A stretch of DNA of 64,000 nucleotides from Octopus sinensis. Its lineage: Eukaryota. Positions 52,467 through 64,000 of this stretch are shown piece after piece. The notes under the pieces were generated by a model. The model searched no databases. It saw only the letters and a program-made list of their open reading frames with translations, and was not told the origin of the DNA. Each line of letters opens with the position of its first letter. Position 1 is the stretch's first letter. A program made the translations under genes and the position numbers. The stretch lies in the NCBI RefSeq assembly GCF_006345805.1, contig NC_043013.1, positions 19,406,001 through 19,470,000 of the forward strand, given 5' to 3'.

Positions 52467-52507
<41 letters not shown>

Positions 52508-52673
52508 AGAGGAGAGAGAGAGAGAGGGAGAGAGAGAGCGAGAGAGAGCGGGGTGAGATAGAGAGATAGATAGCGAGAGAGTGAGAGGAATAAAGATAGA
52601 GAAATAGATAGAGAGGCACGCTTTCATACACACATCTCCCAAAATGCTTTTGCACTGAAAATAATCACAACAC

Positions 52674-52723
<50 letters not shown>

Positions 52724-53176
52724 CACACACACATACATACATATGTACACATACACACACACGCCACACACACACACCACACACATCATATATATATATA
52801 TAAGTATATATATATATATATTATATAAATATATATATACATGTGTATGTGGGTTTGTGTGTGTGTCTATATATCTACATGCACACTTGTATATGTTTAT
52901 ATATCACATCTCTAATGCATATGCACATAAATGCGCACACAAAATTATATGTGTGTGTGTGTACGTACACGAACAAATTTACCAAAAAGCACAACGCAAC
53001 GTTCAGACATGAAAAGAATTTTGTGAAATACTTTGAATAAAAAAAAAAGTCTTAGCAAATCTGATAGAACGTCGGATAGGCATTCAACTTTCTAAAACCA
53101 TTCTTCCACACATATATAACTATATGTGTGTATATATGTAAGTATGCATGTATGTATGAATATATGTACATAAATG

Positions 53177-53239
<63 letters not shown>

Positions 53240-53246
<7 letters not shown>

Positions 53247-53501
53247 CTATTTGGGGATGGTTATGTTGCCAGTTTAGCCAATAAAAACACACGCACCATA
53301 CATTTGTGTTCACTTGCTTCAGTTTTATTTTATATTAATCGTATTTCAGCCTAAGTTCTTTCGTCACACTTCTGTAACCTCATCAGTGGTCCTTTGCATT
53401 TTTGTATGTCTTTCCTTACTAATGAAGCAGGTGCACACCAAATTTAGAGTGCGGGTGTTTTATAGGCTAAACTGGCAACATGACCGTCCCCAAATACAAT
53501 A
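53240..53501. mobile_element. Inverted-repeat element (~80-bp arms, 101-bp spacer), possibly Penelope-derived
   Basis: 53240-53321 is an imperfect reverse complement of 53423-53501; spacer has CTGATGA...GAAA on the minus strand. Confidence 0.65.
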
Positions 53502-53558
53502 TCTGTTTCAACACATGAATTGGCATCAAGAATCTTGAAAAATGAACATATAAATGTT

Positions 53559-53632
<74 letters not shown>

Positions 53633-54139
53633 CCTGCTTCCATTTCCTGAGCGCCTATTAATAATAATACTGTAATTGTTCCATTGTTGTTGTTTTTTTG
53701 TCTCCCGTTTGGATTAAAATTATATATATATATATATATACATATATACCGTAAACCATCGAGTATTATCCGCATTTTTTCCCCAAATTTTAAAGACCAA
53801 AATCACTAGTGCGTAATATACAGAAGGTTAAAAATGAAAAGTATTTTCAAAGGAATGTCCGAGTCTTTATTAGCTGTCCGGCAACGTTTATTCAGACGTA
53901 TTTTATGATGTCGGGCGCGAAAATGCCTTAAGCTAAGCCTGAAAGCAATGAAGTCATAAAAGAATCATTCATAACTTGCAGTGAGCAACATCTATTAAAA
54001 TAAAGTATTCAGAACACAGAATAACATGTAATAAAAACAATTGAAGTGGATCTGTATTGGGGTATCTAAAGTTCAATCAATGCAATGCAATTATATCCAA
54101 TGCGCGTACTGAACAAAACTGCTGATTACTATATATATA

Positions 54140-54180
<41 letters not shown>

Positions 54181-54194
54181 TATATATATATATG

Positions 54195-54225
<31 letters not shown>

Positions 54226-55665
54226 GTGTGTGTGTGTATGTATATATATATATATGATATATGTATATATATATATATATATTTGTATATATTTATGAAT
54301 ATATGTATGTATATATATATATTATATATATATATATAATATATATATATGTATGTATGTATGTATGTATAGTAATATGTGTGTGCGTGTGTTTAAAAAT
54401 CATTCACTCGACCAATGATCGCTCCCAAATTTCTCACCAGAAACAGCTGTAAGTTACAATAAGTAAATAAATGAATGTCTAAAACCCATTATTATTCCAT
54501 TTATGTGTGTTTGTGTATGTATATATATATATATACATGCATACATGCATGCATATATATATATATATGTATGTGTGTGTATACAAATGTATATACATAT
54601 ACAGACGCACATACACACATATATATGCATGCGCACATAGACACATGTAGTAATTCATCATACAACTATAGAAATGCGCAAAGACGTTCACATCAGCAAC
54701 CAGAAATCGGTAATGTTGTTGTCGTTTCTCTAAAATGTGTTTAAACGGTGTTAAATATTCAGGCACTGAATTCTCTGCAGGTGCAGAAGAAGATGTCTTC
54801 TAAGTATTCTGCATATTGAAAATGCAAGCATAAAATAAAAATAAAAATAAACCACTATGATAATTTCAGCATGTAACGATTGAAAGTGTTACTACCTAAG
54901 CTAATGTAATGATAGTTTACTTCCTTCGTTGGAACCAACCATTTTTTTGCAGTATATATGCAAGGCATATGCAAAGAAAATACAGAAAAATCTTTTTTCT
55001 GTTAAAAAGATACCGAAGTTTCAAGTCACACGACTTTACTTCGGGGCAAATATTTTACGTTAGTGATGTCGTCAGGATTAAAGTCACGATAACAGTAAAT
55101 CTAAGTTAATATTCTAAAAATTATTGTATATTTTTTATATTTTTTCCCCTATACCTATTCTACTGAGACTTTATAGTACTATACTCATACATACAGACAA
55201 ACAAATATGTGTGTTTATATGCATGCATGTATATATAAAAATACATGTGAATGAATATATGCATACGTACGTGTGTGATATATCATGCACGTTAAGCTGA
55301 GTTGTAAACCAAACAAATTTTTATTGTCTTAAATTTCTTTTTTAGTATATTTCACCTGTCGTTGCATTTTGCGATGGAGAAAGTGCTACCTTTAGGCAAT
55401 AGGTGTAAAGAAAGCCTTGTCGTATTGGGGATCTTCTGGCAGATGAATGCATTTGAGACAACCCAAAATTACATCGAAGCTATAGCTTCGTTTTAAGAAA
55501 GTCAGCAAAAACTATTTACTGATGTGTGCGATCGGCCTCCAGGCTTGAATAAAATATATGTTATGCATAATATATTGTGAGGTAAATAAACTTTTGAATA
55601 AGTTCAGGTATGTTTCTAACACCCATTCATACACTCACACACTAACAAACAGGCACACAGACAAA

Positions 55666-55756
<91 letters not shown>

Positions 55757-55789
55757 GTATGTATGCGTGTATATTTATACGAGTGAGTG

Positions 55790-56270
55790 GACAGACTAAT
55801 AAAAGTGGCGCTGAACACATTTCGGAATCTCCTGCAACTCATCTGGGCGGTCTACTTGTTTAACTTGATGAATGCTGCCATTACAAGGCGTTTTGTTGGT
55901 CCCTCGCTCAACTTTGCTCTACAAATAATAACCGAGAGGGTTGCAGTCTGGGGAGTTAGGTGGTAATATGGTCGCAGAAATTGTCTGACAACCATGGCTG
56001 GGTTCTCCTGCTCGTGTGACATGGTGCAGAGTCCTGTTGCTAGACGGAGGGCCTTCTAGCAGCCACCTTTTTGACCCAAGTCAGCACTACCTACTCCAGG
56101 CACTTGATGCAGCCCTCCGTATTGAGTCTGAGGCTGTGTGGGAAGATGACTGGAGGCATAACGTCGCCATCACTAGTGATCACTCCAAACACCATGATGT
56201 TGACCGGATGCTTATTTTTTTTATCATTCTCCGTACATTTTTGGGAACACGTCAAGCCAGCAGTTGTTCG
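55790..56270 (-). pseudogene. Tc1/mariner-superfamily (maT/DD37D-like) transposase relic
   Basis: KHPVNIMVFGVITSDGDVMPP, LRLNTEGCIKCLE, QQDSAPCHTSRRTQPWLSDNF; related to 1690-2090. Confidence 0.85.
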
Positions 56271-56529
56271 GTGGATTTACCATGTGTCCTTATTGGAGCT
56301 TCCAAGCAGCACAGCATGTCGTTTCCAAATTTCTGGCAGAGCAAATTACGTCATGGTGCTATTTTCCTCACTGTCGAGGCCCAAAAGACCCTAATATACT
56401 GTGTAGTCGACAAAATCTAAAACAGTGAATGCGCGAAATAAAAGATATATGGTAACAATTTACCCATCGCAACCTGTTTATTTAAAAGACATTCTGCTTT
56501 CAGTTTCGCCGCCTTAAATAGTAATGATG

Positions 56530-56575
<46 letters not shown>

Positions 56576-57395
56576 TAATAATTTTATCCTAAGCCCAGCA
56601 ACAGAGTGGAAAGTGAAAACTGAAAGCCAACAAAACCGTTTATAAATGGTATTATTGTATCTGACCTATTTTGGTAAGGCAAGATTTCTGGCCAATCTGT
56701 AGAATGTGTTTAACTAAGCAAGACATTTGATAAATATATGATTAACTTGGAAATTGGCATTCGCCTGACTTAATGGAGAAAAAACTGACAATATGAATAA
56801 TGACTACGCTTGATGGGCTTGACAGGCGAAAAGTAAGTCCGATCTTGATTGATTTATTGAACAAATAAATCGATATATATCAGGCCATAGATTGATTTAT
56901 AAAATTTGATTGTATTACTCACAAAGCATTTATGATTCACGCTTAAATTAATGTCTGGGGGAGTGTATTAATGTAATGGGGCATGAAATATCAGTTCTTC
57001 GCACACAATAAAGGCAGCGCTGAATTCTAACCATTAACTGAGACATATTAAGGCTTGCTAGGTTTGTGGACGGTTGTTATAAGGAAGCAAGTTCTGTGGT
57101 TGAAGTTTTTCAATGATAAATGTTTATAAAACAATTAAACCATTCCTATATGGTAAATAGCGTCTATATTTTGAAAAAGAGGAAATTAAGACGTGTCTAT
57201 TAAATTCAACAGTTTAATCTCATTACTGGTGATGGGACAGTTGTTGCTATGTTGGCGCTGTTTAGCCTGTAGGTCAACCCTGTTTCAAGCAGAGATGTGG
57301 TCAAATGCGTTTCAGTCCTAACAATCCTGTTGGTTATCAAGCTAAATTTACTCAGAAGCACATTATTCAATCTCTCCTTTCTTCATTATAAAGAA

Positions 57396-57786
57396 CTAGC
57401 GGTATAGCCCAACGTTGCTCGAGTTTGTTTCGACCCTTTAGAATTGGAATTTTTGAAAAGTAAAAATTTTGCATTATGTAGCTTGTTATTCTCTTTAAGT
57501 GAACATTTCTCTGGTTGAAATACACCGAAAAATACACCGAAAAATGGCGACACAGCAGTAAAAAATTCGTAAAAAATAGGGATTTTCATAGAAAAGTAGC
57601 ACCTTTTTGATGTAAATTATTTTTGGTGTTAACATGGTCCGATTTGAATATTTTCTTCTACGGAAAGAAGAGCAAGCCCTCTTCTATCATACTCTCAATT
57701 TTGGTCAACTTGCGCCCCATGGTCTCGGAGGAGATAGTGTTAGTTGAAGGCTACCAAACCTGCCATACACAGACAACTTCAGCTTT
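57396..57786 (-). mobile_element. Non-autonomous Helitron (same family as 18645-19014), 5' tip missing
   Basis: Long co-linear match; CTAG|T 3' end; 11-bp internal duplication (TACACCGAAAA repeated, one A between). Confidence 0.8.
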
Positions 57787-58399
57787 GTGATGTCAAGTAA
57801 ATGTGACTGATATTCGTAGCAGGTTGAGGGATCGGGAGAGACCTTCTTGGATCGTGTTCGACATAATGTATAGCTTATTGTGAAAGTGTCACTACGCAAC
57901 TGCATTATACTCCCTGACTGTCTCAATGTTATATGTCACAGTGTCACGGTGCCATAGGAAGAGTGATCCACAGTGTTATTGGATAATAGTGCACAGCGTC
58001 AAACTCCCGCATTCCCCGCAGAGGGAATCTTCTGCAATGGTACCGACTTACAGTAGGAAATGTCTTTAATTTACAATTGAATAAAACACTCGTCTATAAT
58101 ATACTGCTCCCACTACTTAAATACTGGGTCTTGCTCATCTTCGGTACACATTTACAAATAGCTGGATTCAAAAAGCAAACTTAAGTGTCGTAACTATTGA
58201 TTAAATCTAAACCTGTTATCAAAAAAGGAAACTTCCGTTTGTTTTCAGGTTGTAAATGCGATTGTATCGTTTCTCACTTCTGTCAAATGCAACTAAATGG
58301 TCTAAATTGTTTCAAAAATTTTCACCGATTGCAACTGAAGCTTTAGACCAAGATAGTGTATTCTCATTAGATATGCAATCTTTGCATAAAATTTTAGTA

Positions 58400-58653
58400 T
58401 TGGGTTGGTGCATAATTATTGCTGCTTTTTATCAACAATTTTTATTCAACAAAAACTATAATATTTCATAAAAACAACTTTAAATGACGGTCTGACCGTC
58501 TGCCAACCAAATGGGAAGTAGTAATTGAAGTAGATAGTGAATATGCTCCGGAATAATCACTTAAAGATGCTTTTGCTACATATTGTTATTGTTTTTGTTA
58601 AATAAAATTTGTTGAAAAAAAAAAACCCCGGCAATAATTATGCACCAACCCAA
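58400..58653 (+). mobile_element. Mariner MITE (254 bp)
   Basis: Perfect 23-bp TIRs TTGGGTTGGTGCATAATTATTGC, TA flanks; residual DRLPTKWEVVIEVDSEY. Confidence 0.9.
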
Positions 58654-58659
58654 TATAAC

Positions 58660-58930
58660 GAGAACGGGCATCACTCATGCAGTTTCAGAGTGTTCGGCAC
58701 CAGTGAGATGATGTTGCATTTGTTTTTTGTTGTTGTTTAATTCCTGGTAACCAAAACTCGTTCAGATCTATAACAAAAGCGGTTCCTGCCGTAAAAAATC
58801 CGTCTTTCTTCACACTAGGAATATCATTGTCCAAGGAATCTCTTTTTATTTAAGGCAGTAGAGTGTGGTTTGGTGAAGATTTAGCTGCTTTCCTTCTAAG
58901 TCATTCGCTCAGGAAGAAGCTACCTCGTTA
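58660..58930 (-). mobile_element. Old SINE-like repeat, family E
   Basis: TTGTTGTTTAATTCCTGGT..., GTGTGGTTTGGTGAAGATTTAGCTGCT; homologous to 7340-7530 (reverse). Confidence 0.5.
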
Positions 58931-59558
58931 GCTATAAAGAGTTTCCTAAGTGTCACAGTGGCACAGCAACATAGAGGCACAGTATAAACATGCTGAGCTC
59001 GTATTCAGGATAATGATATGGTTGGTGTTTATATCTTTTTTCTGCACATGTATTTGTATATAATTACTGTTTGTAGCAAGATGAAATCTCCTGTTGGTGA
59101 ATTAAGAGTTGTGACTATAAGCAGAAACTCAGTTTTTCCAGTGAATAATGTCAACCTGTCAAGGAAAGACATACTTGGAAGGGAAAATATACTTATATTT
59201 CTATCGTAACACGCCAGAACTGAAAAATAGATTAATTACATTTGTTGAAAAGTACAAAACTAATATCTTGGTCTCCCTTAAAACGGTGAGCTGGCAGAAT
59301 CGCCAGAACACCGGACAAAATGCTTTGCGACATTTCGTCTGTCTTCGTGTTCTGAGTTCAAATTCTGTTGAAGTCATCCCTCAATGCCTTTCAAACCTTT
59401 CGGGGTCGATATTAGCTGAATTCTGAGGTCGATATAATCGACTTCCTACCTCCCCCGGTCTTGTAATGCCACCATTCAGGCACTTCGAACATCTGTACCT
59501 GTACCTACTGTTACGCTTGATGCGATCACCCGCCCGGTCCTACGCAAAAAAGAAACCT

Positions 59559-59997
59559 ATCTTATTTCTTTATTGCCCTCAAGGGGCTACACATAGAGGG
59601 AACAAACAAGGACAGACAAACGGATTAAGTCGATTACATCGACCCCAGTGCCTAACTGGTGCCCAGTGCCTAACTGGTGCTTAATTTATCGATCCCAAAA
59701 GGATGAAAGTCAAAGTCGACCTCGGCGGAATTTGAACTCAGAACGTAATGGCAGACGAAATACCTATTTCTTTACTACCCACAAGGGGCTAAACACAGAG
59801 AGGATAAACAAGGACAGACAAACGGATTAAGTCGATTATATCGACCCCCAGTGCGTAACTGGTACTTATTTAATCGACCCCAAAAGGATGAAAATCAAAG
59901 TCGACCTCGGCGAATTTAAACTCAGAGTGTAACGGCAGACGAAATACCGCTAAGCATTTCGCCCGGCATGCTAACGGTTCTGCTAGCTCGCCGCCTT
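59559..59997 (-). mobile_element. SINE family A head-to-tail dimer
   Basis: Full copy 59997-59762 followed by a 5'-truncated copy; one TSD AAAAAGAAACCT (59547-59558 / 59998-60009). Confidence 0.9.
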
Positions 59998-60963
59998 AAA
60001 AAGAAACCTGTCTTGACCGCCAGCCTTCCGGTAACTTCTCTCCGTACATGTCTTTACTGCAGATGTTAATATGCAACAGTTTAAACAGAACATTAACGGC
60101 ACCTAACGCACCAATCTCTGAGGACATACCAGGGCCAGAGGATCTATTCTTTTTTCGAGAATAGCAAATGAATAAACAATGCAATTCCTTTTATCAGCAG
60201 GTTACGAGTTCAAATTCTGCACATTTTACACAATGTTTCTCATTTACGTAACAACCAAAAGGTAGTAAAATAAGAAAACCCTTAGAGTATCAAGGATATA
60301 CCTAGTATAATTTATCTAAATCCTACATCTTTTAACGTTCTGAGTTTCCTGGTAGATGGGGAGAAATTGCTTAAATATTCCTGACAATATGGTGTCTATA
60401 ATATGCCTGACAATATGGTGTCTTGTGAAACAGTAATTGACGAAAGGCATCAGGGACCCAATTTTGTAGCCTTCCAATAAAATTGCATTACAAAGCCTAT
60501 GTGCTTTTCATCGATGACATCATGTGGCATGCTTCAACCTAATCGTGTAATACTGAAAGGAATATGTTCATTTGTTTATCATTTGCTTTGCTACCAATGT
60601 ATACACAATTGTATTACTTTAAAATGCCGGACTTTCAATTTATGTGAAGAAACTAATCTCATAACGTTATTATGAATGTTACCCTGTATATGATATTATA
60701 TATCGAAATATATCTCTCTTTAACTTGTGGTATATGAAGTATTAAAATTACACAAGCATGCTTACACACAGGAAGGAAACATGCTCCAATACATACACAC
60801 ATATGTTCTTTTAATTTATGTATCAAGTTTAAAGTTATATGAAATTTATAGTTCATAAGTTATGTATGTGTATAATTTTTGTCTGTTTAAATTAATACAG
60901 AAGTTATAACAACAAATGGAAAAAATGTAATTTTGTGTACCAGTTGTGCGAGATTTGTATCAT

Positions 60964-60964
<1 letters not shown>

Positions 60965-61003
<39 letters not shown>

Positions 61004-61025
61004 TATATATATATATATATATATG

Positions 61026-61071
<46 letters not shown>

Positions 61072-61201
61072 TATAAATATATATATATTACATGTATATG
61101 TATATTATATATGTATATATGTATAGATATATATTATACATATATATATATACATATGCATATATATACATATGTATATATATATATCATATATATATAT
61201 G

Positions 61202-61253
<52 letters not shown>

Positions 61254-61280
61254 TATATATATATATATATTATATACACA
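60965..61280. repeat. Long interrupted (TA)n/(TATG) array
   Basis: Direct reading; comparable arrays at 30780-31160, 35150-35500 and 54135-54365. Confidence 0.95.
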
Positions 61281-61734
61281 CCACACATTATAGGCTCGCA
61301 TACATGTATACACACGCACAATAGGTTTAATTTTGTATGAACGAACTATGTCTATTGTTTACGTGCCTAAATGATTTTATTTGCAATTGTGTAAAAGTCT
61401 GCGACGACAGAGTGTTACTGTGTGTGAGTTTGTGAATATGGTGTGTGTGTGTATGTGAGGGAGCGATTGAGTGAGTGAATGTGTGTGTAATGAGTGAGTG
61501 AGTGAGTGATGGTGTGTATGTGTGTGCGTGTATATGACTACTGTTTACTGCTTACTGTCTCATGGAATAATGTGGTGAGAGTGTGCGTATTATTCGTTGT
61601 GTATATATATATACATACATACATACATATATATATATATATAATATATAAATATATGCGTATATATAACAGTATCGACTAGTAAAATATATGAAAAATA
61701 CATACATACATACTTCACACAAGTACATATTCCA

Positions 61735-61780
<46 letters not shown>

Positions 61781-62091
61781 CGTATTAATATGTGCACCTG
61801 TGTGGTGAATAGTATGTACATATGTGTGTATACAAATTACCATTATTTAAATATTGAGTGTTTATGTATAATTTTATATGAAAAATATAATTTGCTTGTT
61901 TACCGAATTGCACTTCTGGGTTGTATGTCTGTATTTTAAACATATATACACACGCATAGATGCCGCTCTCTCTCTCTCTCCACACACACATACACACAAA
62001 CGCATACACACACAGGGAAAGGAATTTTTAGCATTGTCACTGATTGCTTCAGGTTCACTATGACCAGGTTCTCTGAATACAAGCACACATG

Positions 62092-62130
<39 letters not shown>

Positions 62131-63319
62131 ATATATATATGGTATATATATATGTTTATATATATATATATATATATATATCTGTATATACACATATAAA
62201 CATAACTATGAGTGTGTTCATGTGAATGTATGTGTGTGTGTGTGTGTTAAGATGTACGAGATCTCATTAAGGTGTTTCTATGAATTTCCATTGTGTCTAT
62301 AAATATAGGGCTATTTGGAATTTAAAATTGCTGTTCCAAGAACCCTTATAACGCGCGCGCACACACACACACAGAAACACACAGATGTAGACACACTCAT
62401 ATACACATACTCATACGCACACACATTTAGATACACTGGGACATAATCAAGTTGATACTGAATAGCTACTCCGATAGTGATTTGCACCATAATTTAAGCC
62501 ATTATAGACAAGTTTTCACTTACCGACACTTACAAAATCACATCAAATATTGGTGGTTCTAAGGACGGGTGGAATTTGGTTTCCCTCACCTCTATCCCCT
62601 ATAAATGTTGCAATAAGGTGCGTTCTGCAACTACTTGCGTCCTCACCTGTGGGATCTCCTGTTGTTATTATTGTACCACTTGTAGATGCCTTTTTTTCCT
62701 TCTGAATTTCTTCTGGGTAAAAGACCTTCAAGCGACCTGTATTTTACCTCGCTGAAAGCAATTAACCTTCTATTCTGCCTAACCAAACTGATTGACATTC
62801 TTTCCCGCTCCCTCAGCCGATAACATCGTAGGTGTCAGCGGTCAATACGACTTGGAGTATTTGTAGATCCCGGTTGTGTAAATATTGTTGTAGGGACCAG
62901 CTGTCCCTACCGAGCTGTAGATGTAAGGACAAGTCAAGCAGCAATAATCTGACTGTACGCATTTCAACTCCTTCCATTTCGGAAGAAAGACAGCAAAATA
63001 TTTTGTCCGATACTGCAATGATTCTGCCAGCCAGCGCAACATGCTTAAAAAAGAAAAGAAAAAGAACTATAGAGTTCAAACAGTTATAACAAACGCAGAT
63101 GTACAGACATAATAATAATGAAAAATCTAGCGTATATACAACATACACACAGATAAAAGAAAACGTTAGTAAGGAATGGAATCATTACTTATCAATTAAT
63201 AGAATGTTATAGAACTTTGACGATCGGCAGTAATTCTTTAGTCGCCCCTTTAATAAGTCTGTGGTTATAATATTGTCAACTGGGTGCTAAGCGAAGTAAC
63301 AAGGTATGAGAGAAAACAT

Positions 63320-64000
63320 TGAAAATAGGCGACTTTATTTCCAAGACATCACATTAAACTTAATATGAAATTACTATATTTACCATGAATAGAAAAAGTT
63401 TGGGCGACTAGAAAGCTATTATGAAATAGCCACTGTAAGTTTGCAAAAGTATTCTGCAAAAATCGTAGAAAATAAATGCAGAAGCCAACAAAATACGAGT
63501 GGAGCAAGACGATAATTTCTTCCTGGAAAGGAGAAAGACAACTACAAAACTGATAGCAATAACAAACAGATATGAAAAACGAAAGGTGGAACAAAAATAC
63601 AAAGTGAGAAGTAGTTAAATTGTAAAATAAATTTGGGACTGCAAACTGCCATAATAAGACGATGGTAAGGAAAGACCCAACATGTCCAGTATGTGGATAC
63701 TTGGAAAAATGTAGAATTAGATAAGGACAAGTCATGACAGTGGCTGCAAAGTATTGAGCTGAAAAGTTCTTGACTGCGACACAGGTCCAAAGGTTTTTCC
63801 CCAGGAACCATCAAATAGCTATAATAATGTATAATACGATAACTGCTGAAGTTGTGGAAATTGAGAAGAAACAATTAATCACATTGTCTTTGAGTGGCTA
63901 ATCGTAATTAACAAATAATATATCCACAGATATTTAAGAGTTGAGAATTACACTTGATATTGTGCGAGTTTTATGAAATACTAATAGAAAATAGATGGTA
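63320..64000 (+). pseudogene. R4/Dong-like LINE relic (runs off the window)
   Basis: LLYLP, KS*QWLQSIELK, DNC*SCGN*EETINHI correspond to LYLPR, WQWL..LK and the CxxC..ETxxH knuckle. Confidence 0.6.

Noticed and set aside
53749-54080. TA|CCGTAAACCATCGAGTATTATCCGC pogo-like terminus
   Set aside because: I could not find the matching opposite TIR, so the element cannot be delimited.

Overview
AT-rich, eukaryotic, repeat-dominated DNA with no recognisable host gene, rRNA, true tRNA or CRISPR array. The SINE families and the very high microsatellite density look like a coleoid cephalopod (octopus) genome; this is my recognition, not a database result. The window holds: (i) at least four tRNA-derived or SINE-like families (called A, B, C and E here), several with clean target-site duplications; (ii) degenerate relics of R4/Dong-like (restriction-like endonuclease) LINEs, RTE LINEs, Penelope-like elements and a Ty3/Gypsy gag; (iii) Tc1/mariner, Tigger-like and possibly Sola2-like DNA-transposon derivatives and four non-autonomous Helitrons; (iv) many microsatellites and one 100-N gap. 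Most ORFs in the supplied track are microsatellite translations. The most notable structures are a 327/328-identical inverted SINE pair with independent TSDs, a ~124-bp self-complementary hairpin family (three copies), inverted repeats carrying hammerhead-ribozyme-like cores, Helitrons with mixed termini, and a SINE dimer inserted as one unit.
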